Shown one piece after another: positions 7,401-17,108 of a stretch of 64,000 bases of DNA. Positions within the stretch are counted from its first letter, which is position 1; each line of letters opens with the position of its first letter. The position numbers were made by a program, and so were the translations under genes. A model generated the notes under the pieces. That model searched no databases. It was given only the letters and a program-made list of their open reading frames with translations, and had not been told where the DNA came from. Origin of the DNA: an uncultured Mollicutes bacterium (GTDB lineage Bacteria > Bacillota_I > Bacilli_A > RF39 > UBA660); the NCBI GenBank assembly GCA_947652375.1, contig CANTCS010000001.1, positions 132,976 to 196,975 on the forward strand, given 5' to 3'.

Positions 7401-9896
7401 TTATTTACCACAACATTGTTTATACTTCTTGCCTGAGCCGCAGCTGCAAATTTGATTTCGACCTATTTTTTGACTTCTTTTTGGTTGTTTTTTAGTAGTT
7501 TTTTCTTCTTTATCATTTGTTATTATTTTTTTTGTTGTTTCTTTTCTTTCTATATTTTGTCTTATTTCTGCTTTAAGTAAGAATATTGAAACATCTTTGT
7601 CTATTTTTTGTAGCATAGAATCAAATAAATCAAATCCTTCCATAGTATAAGCTCTTAAAGGATCTTCTTGAGCATAACCACGTAGGTGAATTCCTTCTCT
7701 TAAATGAGACATAGTGTTAATATGTTCCATCCAGTAATTATCTAGTACTTGTAATGTTATAACTTTTTCGAATTCTTGAACTATTTCTTCAGGTAAATCT
7801 TTAATTTTCTCTTCATATTCTTCTATAACTTTTTTAGATAAAAAGTCAATTAACTCGTTTGCTTCTTTATCTTTAATATCTTTTTCCGATAAATCAATTT
7901 TTAATAAGTTTTCATTAACAAACTCTGTTATCTCTCTAATATCATCCTCTGTTAAATAGTTTTCTGGTGGAATATGAGAATTAACTAAATCTTCTATATG
8001 ATGTCTATAGGTAGTTAAAACCATTTCATGTATTGATGTGTTATCTAAAATCTTATTTCTTTTTTCATAGATAATTTCTCTTTGATTATTCATAACATCA
8101 TCATATTGTAGTAAGCTTTTACGAATATCAAAATTATTTCCTTCTACTCTTTTTTGCGCTGTTCCAATTGATTTAGTGAATGTTTTACTTTGAATTGCTT
8201 GTTCTCCTAAACCCATTGACTCCATCATTGCACCAATTCTATCTGATCCAAAACGAACCATTAAGTCATCTTTCATCGAAACAAAGAATTGAGTATATCC
8301 TGGATCTCCTTGACGTCCTGAACGTCCACGCAATTGATTATCAATACGACGTGACTCATGACGCTCAGTTCCAACCACACACAAACCACCTAGTTCTTTT
8401 ATTTCATCTGATAATTTAATGTCTGTACCACGACCTGCCATATTTGTAGCAATAGTTACTGATTTACTTTGACCTATTTTTGAAATAATTTCTGCTTCTC
8501 TTTCATGATTTTTTGCATTTAAAACTTCATGAGGAATATGTGCTTGTTTTAACAATCTGCTAATTAGTTCACTTGTTTCAATAGCAATTGTTCCAATTAA
8601 TACAGGTTGCCCTTCATTATATCTTTCTTTTACAAACTCTATTACTGCTTTATATTTTGCTTCTTTTGTAGCATAAACTAAATCAGGAGCATCGATTCTA
8701 ATAACATCTTTATTAGTTGGAATTTCTATAACATACATATTATAAATGTTTCTAAATTCTTCTTCTTCAGTCTTTGCAGTACCTGTCATACCTGATAATT
8801 TTTTATACATTCTAAATAAATTTTGAAATGTAATTGTTGCTAAAGTTTTTGTTTCTTGATTAATATTTACGCCTTCTTTGGCTTCGATAGCTTGATGTAG
8901 TCCATCAGAATATGCTCTACCTTTCATTAAGCGTCCAGTAAATTGATCAACTATTACTATTTCGCCATCTTGAACAACATAATCTACATCATTGTTCATT
9001 GCGTAATTAGCACGAAGAGCTTGGTTTATAAAATGAAGTAATGTTGCATTATCTACATCATAAAGATTTTTTATTTTAAACATTTCTTCGGCTTTATCTG
9101 CTCCTAATTCTGTTAAGTTAACACTCTTTGTTTTTTCATCAAATATAAAATCTTTTTCAATAGTTAAACTTTTAGCATATTTATCTGCACTAGTATAAAG
9201 ATTTACATTAGACATTTCTCCACCAGATATAATTAAAGGTGTTCTTGCTTCATCAATTAAAACTGAATCAACTTCATCTATGATTGCAAAGTTTAGAGGT
9301 CTTTGAACTCTTTCTTCTTTTTTAACTACCATATTATCTCTTAAATAATCAAATCCTATTTCATTATTTGTAGAATATAATATATCACAATTGTACGCAG
9401 TTTGTTTTTCTTCTGATGTCATATCTCTTGTATTTACTCCTACTGTTAAACCTAGGAAACGATGAATTCCACCCATCCATTCAGCATCACGACTAGCTAG
9501 ATATTCATTTACAGTTATAATATGAACTCCATCTCCACTTAAGGCATTTAAATATGCAGGAAGAACAGATGTTAAGGTTTTTCCTTCTCCTGTTTTCATT
9601 TCTGAGATATTTCCATAATGTATTGCAAGTCCACCTAAAATTTGGACAAAATAATGTTTTTCTCCTATAACACGAAATGATGCTTCTCTTGCTGTTGCAA
9701 AAGCTTCTACTAAGATATCTTCTAAAGTTTCTCCTTTACTTAATCTCTCTTTAAATTCGTTTGTTTTATTTTGTAGTTCTGTATCAGTTAATTTTGAATA
9801 TTCTTCTTCTAATTCAAGAATTTGATTTGCTAGAACATTAAATCTTCTTAATTCTTTATACTCATGATCGAATAATTTTTTTAATATATTCATCAT
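7401..9896 (-). CDS. secA: Preprotein translocase ATPase SecA
   Basis: 831 aa. DEAD-like motor motifs. C-terminal zinc-binding CSCGSGKKYKQCCGK. Confidence 0.97.
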   Translation of the reverse strand: MMNILKKLFDHEYKELRRFNVLANQILELEEEYSKLTDTELQNKTNEFKERLSKGETLEDILVEAFATAREASFRVIGEKHYFVQILGGLAIHYGNISEMKTGEGKTLTSVLPAYLNALSGDGVHIITVNEYLASRDAEWMGGIHRFLGLTVGVNTRDMTSEEKQTAYNCDILYSTNNEIGFDYLRDNMVVKKEERVQRPLNFAIIDEVDSVLIDEARTPLIISGGEMSNVNLYTSADKYAKSLTIEKDFIFDEKTKSVNLTELGADKAEEMFKIKNLYDVDNATLLHFINQALRANYAMNNDVDYVVQDGEIVIVDQFTGRLMKGRAYSDGLHQAIEAKEGVNINQETKTLATITFQNLFRMYKKLSGMTGTAKTEEEEFRNIYNMYVIEIPTNKDVIRIDAPDLVYATKEAKYKAVIEFVKERYNEGQPVLIGTIAIETSELISRLLKQAHIPHEVLNAKNHEREAEIISKIGQSKSVTIATNMAGRGTDIKLSDEIKELGGLCVVGTERHESRRIDNQLRGRSGRQGDPGYTQFFVSMKDDLMVRFGSDRIGAMMESMGLGEQAIQSKTFTKSIGTAQKRVEGNNFDIRKSLLQYDDVMNNQREIIYEKRNKILDNTSIHEMVLTTYRHHIEDLVNSHIPPENYLTEDDIREITEFVNENLLKIDLSEKDIKDKEANELIDFLSKKVIEEYEEKIKDLPEEIVQEFEKVITLQVLDNYWMEHINTMSHLREGIHLRGYAQEDPLRAYTMEGFDLFDSMLQKIDKDVSIFLLKAEIRQNIERKETTKKIITNDKEEKTTKKQPKRSQKIGRNQICSCGSGKKYKQCCGK
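7405..7413. repeat. Putative attL core TTACCACAA overlapping the secA stop codon
   Basis: Identical 9-mer at 1424..1432 with similar flanks. Confidence 0.55.
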
Positions 9897-10032
9897 ACCA
9901 TCTCCTTTAGTAATTTATTTTATCAAAAAAAAAGACTTGTGTTAAGCTTTTTTCCTATTTTTACAGTATTTTCTTCATGTTTTTCTAAATATCTTTACGA
10001 TATAGAAACTTAACCTTTTGTTGTGGACCAAT

Positions 10033-10524
10033 TTAATGAGTATATTCCATAAGTACTAATTTTTTCATAATTTTTACTTGTTCTAGTAAATCCATATTTA
10101 CAGATTCAAATCCCATTATTTTATATTTTGAATCTAGTGTTACTTTAAGAAATTTGTCTTTATTATCATTTTCTTCACTTGTTAAAGTTGGCCTACCTAC
10201 ATTTAAAATTTCTAAGTATTTTTGATAGATAAATTCTAATGAAAAAAGAAAACTATTTTTGTATTCTCTATCATTTCTCTTTTCTAATTCTTCTAATATA
10301 CACTCTAATAATTCGAAAGAATCTTTTGGTAAAACTTTGATTTCTGAATCTGATAGAGTCATATAATAAGTACATACATAATATAAGCTTTTATCACATG
10401 CCATTAGCTTCTCTTTACTAGATGAATAATAGTTTGATAGCAAAAACAGAGATTCTTCTTCAGAGTTTTTTAATGAAATTTTGTTTTTTGTATTTAAAAA
10501 TAAATACTCTTGAAATTTTTGCAA
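10033..10524 (-). CDS. Hypothetical protein (Cys-containing), lineage-specific insert between secA and hpf
   Basis: 163-aa ORF. No motif recognised. Confidence 0.4.
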   Translation of the reverse strand: MQKFQEYLFLNTKNKISLKNSEEESLFLLSNYYSSSKEKLMACDKSLYYVCTYYMTLSDSEIKVLPKDSFELLECILEELEKRNDREYKNSFLFSLEFIYQKYLEILNVGRPTLTSEENDNKDKFLKVTLDSKYKIMGFESVNMDLLEQVKIMKKLVLMEYTH

Positions 10525-10602
10525 AATAATTAAAATCTACTTTTCCCATTTATATCATTTGGTATTTTATATTATACTTTTTTGATAATTATTGTAAGTT
10601 AT

Positions 10603-10629
10603 AAAATAAAAAAAGGCTAAAATTAGCCT
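10603..10629 (-). terminator. Rho-independent terminator after hpf
   Basis: Hairpin AAGGCTAA..TTAGCCTT followed by T-run on the minus strand, immediately after the hpf stop. Confidence 0.55.
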
Positions 10630-11163
10630 TTATTCTGACTCAATTAAACCATAATTTCCATCTGTTCTTTTATATACTACAGTTGGTTTATTAGTTTCAC
10701 TATCTTTATACATATAAAATTCATGATTTAGTAATTCCATTTGAAGAATTGCTTCTTCTTCATTCATTGGTTTTACTTCGATTGTTTTTCTTTTAATAAT
10801 TTTATGTTCGTCTTCAATTTCTTCTTTAAAATCAATTTTTTCAAAATTAAAGTCATAACTAGCTTTATTTTGTTTTGCCATTAATTTTGTTTTGTTTTTT
10901 CTTACTTGTCTTTCTAATTTATCAATTGTTTTATCAACAGCTGCATAAAAATCTTCTTTTGTTTCTTCTGATCTTAGAATAAATGATTTTAAAGGTATGG
11001 TAATTTCTACTGTTTGTTCATGATTTTTTACTTTTACTATGACATTTGCACGAACGGCATCACTTTTTTCTAGATATTTTTCTAACTTTCCTAGCTTTTC
11101 ATTTATATAATCTTTCATAGCATCAGTAATTTGCATTTTATCTCCTCTGATGATAATTTCCAT
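10630..11163 (-). CDS. hpf: Ribosome hibernation promoting factor, long form
   Basis: MEIIIRGDKMQITDAMKDYINEKL... aligns with the long-HPF N-terminus. C-terminal dimerisation domain present. Confidence 0.9.
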   Translation of the reverse strand: MEIIIRGDKMQITDAMKDYINEKLGKLEKYLEKSDAVRANVIVKVKNHEQTVEITIPLKSFILRSEETKEDFYAAVDKTIDKLERQVRKNKTKLMAKQNKASYDFNFEKIDFKEEIEDEHKIIKRKTIEVKPMNEEEAILQMELLNHEFYMYKDSETNKPTVVYKRTDGNYGLIESE

Positions 11164-11214
11164 ACTATCGCCTCCTTATAATTTGATTATAGCATAATAA
11201 AATAAAAATTGCTA

Positions 11215-11436
11215 CTATATTATAGTAGCAGCTTCGTTAACTAATTTTACATTTATTGCTTGAAATCCCTTGCTTGTTTCAATTAGTTTGAATTCTACTA
11301 ATTGATTTTCTGATAAAGTTTTGTATCCATCTAATTCAATTGCTGAGTAATGAACAAAAATATCTTCATTTTCTCTAAAACCAATAAAACCATAACCTTT
11401 ATCATTATTGAACCATTTCACGCGTCCAGTCATCAT
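11215..11436 (-). CDS. csp: Cold shock protein (CspA family)
   Basis: MTGRVKWFNNDKGYGFI...FVHYSAI motifs. Confidence 0.9.
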   Translation of the reverse strand: MMTGRVKWFNNDKGYGFIGFRENEDIFVHYSAIELDGYKTLSENQLVEFKLIETSKGFQAINVKLVNEAATII

Positions 11437-11589
11437 ACCTCTATAGCACCTCACATTCTACCATCTATTATTTCTATTGGTGATTTAATCTTAACAAATA
11501 TTTCCTTAATTTATTAATTTTTCTATAAATTGCTTTTTTTGAGAATGTTTTTGAGATGATTTCTACATTTTTCGACAAATTAGAATATT

Positions 11590-12306
11590 TTATATATCTC
11601 TTAGATAGGAAATTAACTCTTTCTTTTTATTTCTTGAAATAAAATTAATACTTTCTTTATTTCTAAAAATTATTATATTCTCTTTAGTGTTGTAATATTC
11701 CACTTGATCCATATTTATAATATAGCTTCTACTACACTTTATAAATCTTCTATCTAATTTTTCTTCTAAGATTTTCATATTTCCAGAATATTCAAATTCT
11801 TCTTCTTTTGTTTTTATAATACATTTTTTACTCTCTTTTTCTTTTTCTATATATATTATATTTGAAAAGCTAATATTGTAAATAGTATTTTTATAAATAT
11901 ATTTTAAAGTGTTTGGTCTTGAATCATAATTTTTTAAAGCTATATTAAATGCTGTTTCTAATTTTTTTTCATAACTTGTATCTGTTGTTAATAAATAATC
12001 AATGTACATGAATCGATGGTTAATAATTTCATATTTTAAATTATTGGACGTAGTTTTAAAAATCATCATAGATTGCCAATCACATAAATCAATTCTTAAG
12101 TATTTAGCTAAATTTAAGCCAAGATTATTTTTTATATCAGTGTTTATTAGAAATATTTTAAAGTTTTCTTTAGTTATTTTATCTTGCCAATTTGAGGATA
12201 ATTTTAAAATAGTAGTTTTGTATTCATAGTCATAATTCATCATTACTTTATCTATTAACATTTTATTAATTGTAGGGTTTTCATCAAAGATTAGAAACTC
12301 AACCAT
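11590..12306 (-). CDS. LytTR-family response-regulator-like protein (orphan, no adjacent kinase)
   Basis: C-terminal ...RRFIKCSRSYIINMDQV...IIFRNKESINFISRNKKKELISYL = LytTR DNA-binding domain. Divergent receiver-like N-terminus. Start MVEFLIF with RBS AGGAGG. Confidence 0.6.
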   Translation of the reverse strand: MVEFLIFDENPTINKMLIDKVMMNYDYEYKTTILKLSSNWQDKITKENFKIFLINTDIKNNLGLNLAKYLRIDLCDWQSMMIFKTTSNNLKYEIINHRFMYIDYLLTTDTSYEKKLETAFNIALKNYDSRPNTLKYIYKNTIYNISFSNIIYIEKEKESKKCIIKTKEEEFEYSGNMKILEEKLDRRFIKCSRSYIINMDQVEYYNTKENIIIFRNKESINFISRNKKKELISYLRDI

Positions 12307-12360
12307 ATATATTACCTCCTTTTTAATTCTCCTATATAAGGATAACATAAAAGAGCATTA

Positions 12361-13443
12361 TTAGTGCTCTAAATTTTTTTCTTTTTCAATATTCTTTTTG
12401 GATTTATCAATAATAATAGTTGTGTGAAAAATAAACCATATAAATATAAGAAATATTATAATATATAATATTTGACCAATTTTTTGATTTATTAAAGTAA
12501 AACATATAGTGGCAGAGGCAAATAAAATATTTATTCCATATATAATTAAGACAGTAACTGTTTGAGAAAAATTCATTCCTAATAATTGATGATGAAGATG
12601 TTGTTTATCTGCTTTAAATGGTGGTTCTCCTTTTAGTAATCTTCTGATTATTGCAAATAGAGTATCTAATATAGGTATTCCTAAAATTGTTACAGGAACA
12701 AAAAATGAAATTAAAGCAGGTCCTTTAAACTCTAATAAAGTTATTACTGCTATTATGAAACCCATAAAAGTAGCACAATCTCCTGCAAAGATTTTAGCAG
12801 GATGAAAATTGTGCATTAAAAATCCTAATGTAGAACCAAGCATTATAAGAGTTAAAACCATAACTAAACTACCTGCTCTTCCTTGATAAAAACCTATTAT
12901 AGCAATTGTAATAAAAAATATTGAACAAATTCCACCACTTAAGCCATCTAATCCATCTATTAAATTTATTATATTTGTACATGCTATAATAAATAAAATG
13001 GTAAAAGGATAAGCCAAAATTCCAAAATCAAAAGAAAAACCAAAAGCTGTAATATTATTTAATAAAATTCCTCCATAGAAAACAATTACCATAGCGGCAA
13101 TTAAATGTCCTAATATTTTATGAATTGCACGAATAGATTTTATATCATCAATAATACCTGTTAAAATTATAATAAAACTTCCTATTAATATTGAGTTCAT
13201 TCTTATACTTTGTTCACCAAAAAGCATATAACCTAAAAGAAAAGCTAAAAAAATCCCTACTCCGCCTAATTTTGGAGTTGCTTCTTTATGAATATGTCTG
13301 TTTCCTTCTTCCGATCTAGGAATATCTATAGCTTCTATATGCTTTGCAATTTTTTTCATTAAAAACATTATTATTGTTGAAAATAGAAAAGTTACAACAA
13401 CTATCTTTAAAGAAGACAGTATTTGTAATTTCATAAGACTCAC
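12361..13443 (-). CDS. Polyprenyl-phosphate sugar-1-phosphate transferase of the MraY/WecA family (TagO-like GlcNAc-1-P transferase)
   Basis: Multi-TM protein with NIINLIDGLDGLSGG motif and HLHHQL near the C-terminus. Length 360 aa. Confidence 0.7.
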   Translation of the reverse strand: MSLMKLQILSSLKIVVVTFLFSTIIMFLMKKIAKHIEAIDIPRSEEGNRHIHKEATPKLGGVGIFLAFLLGYMLFGEQSIRMNSILIGSFIIILTGIIDDIKSIRAIHKILGHLIAAMVIVFYGGILLNNITAFGFSFDFGILAYPFTILFIIACTNIINLIDGLDGLSGGICSIFFITIAIIGFYQGRAGSLVMVLTLIMLGSTLGFLMHNFHPAKIFAGDCATFMGFIIAVITLLEFKGPALISFFVPVTILGIPILDTLFAIIRRLLKGEPPFKADKQHLHHQLLGMNFSQTVTVLIIYGINILFASATICFTLINQKIGQILYIIIFLIFIWFIFHTTIIIDKSKKNIEKEKNLEH

Positions 13444-13517
13444 TTCTTTCTATTAAAATTATATCATGTATAATCAATTAATAAAATAGATATTTTTTAG
13501 AAAGAAAAAACCAAATA

Positions 13518-14513
13518 TTATTGGTTATCTTCTAATAGTTTAACATTATCTAATAAAATTCCTGTTCCCTCAACGACACAGGTTAGAGGAGTTTCTGCAA
13601 CTAAAACAGGTATTTTTAATTCCTCTTCGAATACTTCAACTAATCCATTTAAGAGAGAACCTCCTCCAGTTAAAATTACACCTTTTTCCACAATGTCTGC
13701 GGATAATTCTGGAGGTGTTTGTTCTAAGACATTTTTAGTAGCTTTTATTATTCCTTTAACACAATCTTTTAAGGCTTCTTTAGTTTCTTCTTGTGTAATT
13801 TCTATAGAATGAGGTAAACCTGTAACTAAATTTCTTCCTCGAACTTCTAACTTTGCTTTTTTATTAGGTTTATAAACGTTTACAAAATTAACCTTGATAT
13901 CTTCTGCGGTTTTTTCGCCAATTAATAATTTATATTTTTCTCTGATATATTTAATGATATCTTGGTCCATTGCATTTCCTGCTATTCTTACAGATGCTGA
14001 AGAGACAATTCCATTTAAAGATAGAATTGCTATGTCTGTTGTTCCTCCTCCAATATCTAAAACCATATTAGCAGTTGGCTTAGAAATATCCATTCCTGCT
14101 CCTACAGCTGCTACTTTAGGTTCTTCTTCAATATAAACCTTTCTAGCACCTGTTCTTTCTGCTGCTTCTTTTATTGCATTTTTTTCAACTGGTGTAATAT
14201 TAGTTGGACAACAGATTAAAATTCGTGGTCTAGCAAATAAATTTTTTGCTTTTATTTTTCTTATAAATAAATTAAGCATAATTTCAGTTAGTTCGAAATC
14301 AGCAATTACACCATCTTTCATAGGTCTAATTGCTTTTACTTTTCCTGGAGTTCTTCCTAACATTTCATTTGCTTCTGACCCTACAGCTATTACTCTTTTA
14401 GTTTCAGTATCTATTACTACTATACTAGGCTCATTAAGAACTATTCCTTTATCTTTTATATAAATTAAAACATTCGCTGTGCCTAAGTCAATTCCAATAT
14501 CTTTTGCTAGCAT
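13518..14513 (-). CDS. mreB: Rod shape-determining actin homolog MreB/Mbl
   Basis: MLAKDIGIDLGTANVLIY... actin-fold phosphate motifs throughout. Confidence 0.95.
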   Translation of the reverse strand: MLAKDIGIDLGTANVLIYIKDKGIVLNEPSIVVIDTETKRVIAVGSEANEMLGRTPGKVKAIRPMKDGVIADFELTEIMLNLFIRKIKAKNLFARPRILICCPTNITPVEKNAIKEAAERTGARKVYIEEEPKVAAVGAGMDISKPTANMVLDIGGGTTDIAILSLNGIVSSASVRIAGNAMDQDIIKYIREKYKLLIGEKTAEDIKVNFVNVYKPNKKAKLEVRGRNLVTGLPHSIEITQEETKEALKDCVKGIIKATKNVLEQTPPELSADIVEKGVILTGGGSLLNGLVEVFEEELKIPVLVAETPLTCVVEGTGILLDNVKLLEDNQ

Positions 14514-14598
14514 AATTTCATTCCTTCCATTAGTTATTTTACCATAATTTTATTCATTTATAATAAAATAAGTACATTTTACTTAAAAAAAAAGAAAT

Positions 14599-15228
14599 TT
14601 AGTTTTTCTTTTCTTCTACTTCTTTATTTAAGTAATTAATTGGATTAACAGCTTGTCCATTTTCATAGATTTCAAAATGTAAATGATTTCCTAATTCTTT
14701 ATCTAATTCATTTGTTCCACTTTTTCCTAAAACTTGTCCTTGTGTTATGACATCACCTTTTTTTACACTTATTTCACTTAAGCTTTGGTATGTTGATATT
14801 AAGCCATTTTCATGTTTAATTTCAATTATTTTTCCTAATGTTTCATCTTCTTTTACTGTAATTACAGTTCCCTCTAGTATAGCAACTACATCAAATACTT
14901 TAGCAGAAATATAATCGATTCCTGTATTTTGTATATATGTATTTTCATGAACTATAATAGATTTTTTTTGTTCTTCTTCGCCACCTTGATAATCATAGTA
15001 TCCTTTACCAACTGTAACAGATGGATCAGTATAAGGATTGATAATTGATTTAGTTGTATTTACCACTGGTTGAGTTTCATTTATAATTTCTTTTGTTACA
15101 TGACTTGGCTCTTCAATATCAGTTTTTAAAGACTGTTTTGTTAAAAAAACTATAGTTAAAACTGGAACTAAAATTAATAACATAACTACGATAGGAAATA
15201 CCTTTAATCTTACTTTCTTTTTGATCAT
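14599..15228 (-). CDS. Membrane-anchored M23 (LytM) family metallopeptidase
   Basis: N-terminal TM. C-terminal ...HLHFEIYENGQAVNP M23 HxH motif. Confidence 0.75.
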   Translation of the reverse strand: MIKKKVRLKVFPIVVMLLILVPVLTIVFLTKQSLKTDIEEPSHVTKEIINETQPVVNTTKSIINPYTDPSVTVGKGYYDYQGGEEEQKKSIIVHENTYIQNTGIDYISAKVFDVVAILEGTVITVKEDETLGKIIEIKHENGLISTYQSLSEISVKKGDVITQGQVLGKSGTNELDKELGNHLHFEIYENGQAVNPINYLNKEVEEKKN

Positions 15229-15278
15229 TTTTTCACCTCAATATAAGTTTTTCCCAAAAAAAAAGATTTATACACTTT

Positions 15279-15485
15279 TTAAAATAATTTTCCAGAAGTG
15301 AATAAATCCATAATACAATTTGTGACTAAATAAATTAAAGATATTCCTAATAAGAAATAAAATACGCGAGCTTGAAGTATTTTATTTTTTTTAAATATTT
15401 GATTTATATTTACTGAATCCATCGCCCAAATTACAATAATAGTAACTAAAATATATAAAAAGAATTTACCTGACATAATTTTCAT
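15279..15485 (-). CDS. Small membrane protein (DUF1146/YwzB-like)
   Basis: Two hydrophobic helices. Start uncertain (15485 or 15476). Confidence 0.45.
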   Translation of the reverse strand: MKIMSGKFFLYILVTIIVIWAMDSVNINQIFKKNKILQARVFYFLLGISLIYLVTNCIMDLFTSGKLF

Positions 15486-15918
15486 CCTCAAATTTTTGAA
15501 TTTTATTTTCACGGCGACGATATCTTTCAATTGTAGAAAATGGTGTGCTAATAAAGGTTTCTATTATTTCGATAGCATCTTTAATCGAAGTTTTCTCATC
15601 AATTGCGATAATATTTATATTATCATCATTTCTAGCTGATGCGGCGACTTCTTTTCTAATAACGTTAGCACAACGAATACCTTTTACTTTGTTACATGCT
15701 ATGGTCATACCTGCCCCACTACCACACATTGCGATACCAAAATCTACATTTTTATTAGCAACATTTTTACTTAATAAGAAAGCAAAATCGGGATAGTCAA
15801 CAATTTCTTCAGAATTTGTTCCAAAATCTACTACCTCATACCCTCTCTCTTTTAATTCCTTATAAACTTCTTGCTTTAATTTATAACCACGATGATCACT
15901 AGTAATTCCTAATTTCAT
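15466..15918 (-). CDS. rpiB: Ribose-5-phosphate isomerase B
   Basis: MKLGITSDHRGYKLK...GIAMCGSGAGMTIACNKVKGIRCA RpiB/LacAB family signature. Confidence 0.9.
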   Translation of the reverse strand: MKLGITSDHRGYKLKQEVYKELKERGYEVVDFGTNSEEIVDYPDFAFLLSKNVANKNVDFGIAMCGSGAGMTIACNKVKGIRCANVIRKEVAASARNDDNINIIAIDEKTSIKDAIEIIETFISTPFSTIERYRRRENKIQKFEDENYVR

Positions 15919-16472
15919 AAAAATTTTCCTTTCCTTTTTAATTTTTGAAAAATTAAATCTTCTCCGATTTGATTTGTTAAATGTGAATAATCTATTCCAT
16001 CATTTTCATAATTGTTTTGAAGATTAATATTTCTTTGTAATGTTTCTAATTCATAAATATTTTGGGGCAATGCGGACTCATAACCAGATTCTACTTTTAT
16101 TGTTCGTTTTAAAACATAGCTTTCGTTTTTCGAAATATTATCTAGTAAAGGTCGATAAATTATATATTTACTTTTTGGAGAAATTTTAGCTCCTGAAAAA
16201 TAACAAGTGATAAATTTTTTAGCTGAAGAGTATTTTATACCATCATATAAGATTACTAAATCTCCAGGAAAAAAATCTAAACTTCTATGATTAGCTTCTT
16301 CTTCTATTATTTTTTGATAAATACTTGGTAGTGACTGTCCATACATTTCTTGAACAATTTTTTTTGCTAAACGATTATTGCACATTTCTTTCAAATATTT
16401 ATGATATAAATCTTTATTATTTTTTAGAGTTATTTCTTCAAAATTATAATTATCAAATATTTCCATACTCAT
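15915..16472 (-). CDS. Hypothetical protein
   Basis: 185-aa ORF overlapping the rpiB start by 4 nt. No motif recognised. Confidence 0.4.
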   Translation of the reverse strand: MSMEIFDNYNFEEITLKNNKDLYHKYLKEMCNNRLAKKIVQEMYGQSLPSIYQKIIEEEANHRSLDFFPGDLVILYDGIKYSSAKKFITCYFSGAKISPKSKYIIYRPLLDNISKNESYVLKRTIKVESGYESALPQNIYELETLQRNINLQNNYENDGIDYSHLTNQIGEDLIFQKLKRKGKFL

Positions 16473-16815
16473 CTTTAACCACCCACTTTTATTATAACAT
16501 AACTATATTAATAATGATTTATTTTCTATAACATTAAACTTTAACACTTAAAATTTTTTATATCACAATTTGTTGTTTGTTTAACTTTTTGAATCTATAG
16601 ATACTTATTACTTTTAATTATAATAAATAATTTTTAAATTTATCGATATTTTTTATTGTTTTTTTTACAAATAAGTGAAATTTTATATTTAGTATTTTAA
16701 CGTTTTCTATTGCAAATTTGAAATATTAAAAAAGCAATAATAACTATTTTATTGTGATTAAGAGATAAAATATATTTATAAATTATAATATTTTTTACAT
16801 AATAAAAAAGCTACA

Positions 16816-17034
16816 TTAAGCAGCTGTTTCTTCTTGTGTAAATCCATATTTTTTGTTGAATTTGTCAACACGACCTGCACGTGATGCTCTATTTTGTTTA
16901 CCAGTATAGAATGGATGACATTTAGAACATACTTCAACATTTATTTCTGATTTTATAGATTTGCAAGTGAAAGTTTCTCCACAAGCACAAGTTACTTTAC
17001 AATCATTTGTTTCTGGATGTAAATTCTTTTTCAT
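16816..17034 (-). CDS. rpmE: 50S ribosomal protein L31
   Basis: MKKNLHPE...CxC...[22 protein letters not shown] 9 nt upstream. Confidence 0.92.
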   Translation of the reverse strand: MKKNLHPETNDCKVTCACGETFTCKSIKSEINVEVCSKCHPFYTGKQNRASRAGRVDKFNKKYGFTQEETAA

Positions 17035-17108
17035 ACTATTATTCTCCTTCCGCCATGACAAAGTTTTTGTCATAGTAATTAAATCGCGTAACTAATATAT
17101 CAAATTTT

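Larger units (their letters stand above)
1424..7413. mobile_element. ~6 kb integrative element (prophage remnant / satellite-like island) inserted at the 3' end of secA. Carries int, RepA_N initiator, XRE regulator, MazF toxin module, csp-like and ArpU-like regulator
   Basis: Tyrosine integrase next to the secA stop. Direct repeat TTACCACAA at both ends (1424..1432 and 7405..7413). The right copy reconstitutes secA codons C-C-G-K-stop. All genes inside are phage/plasmid-like and interrupt conserved synteny. Confidence 0.6.

Noticed and set aside
8180-8419. Plus-strand ORF within secA
   Set aside because: Antisense to a highly conserved gene. Same reasoning applies to the ORFs at 13894, 15545, 18450, 19294, 23191, 24689, 30523, 31483, 35594, 37036, 38611, 39485, 46029, 46364, 50965, 51448, 56394, 58012 and 60345.
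11136-11163. Internal ATG with strong RBS (GAGGAG) as alternative hpf start
   Set aside because: The first ATG gives MEIIIRGDKMQIT, which aligns with the conserved long-HPF N-terminus. The internal site is coincidental.
12361-13443. Calling this gene mraY
   Set aside because: Bona fide mraY normally sits in the dcw cluster and has a PIHHHFE motif. Here the motif is HLHHQL and the gene sits beside mreB, so WecA/TagO-like seems more likely. Kept at family level only.
16473-16815. 340-bp AT-rich non-coding stretch downstream of rpmE
   Set aside because: No ORF, no repeats, no hairpin signature recognised. Treated as ordinary AT-rich spacer.
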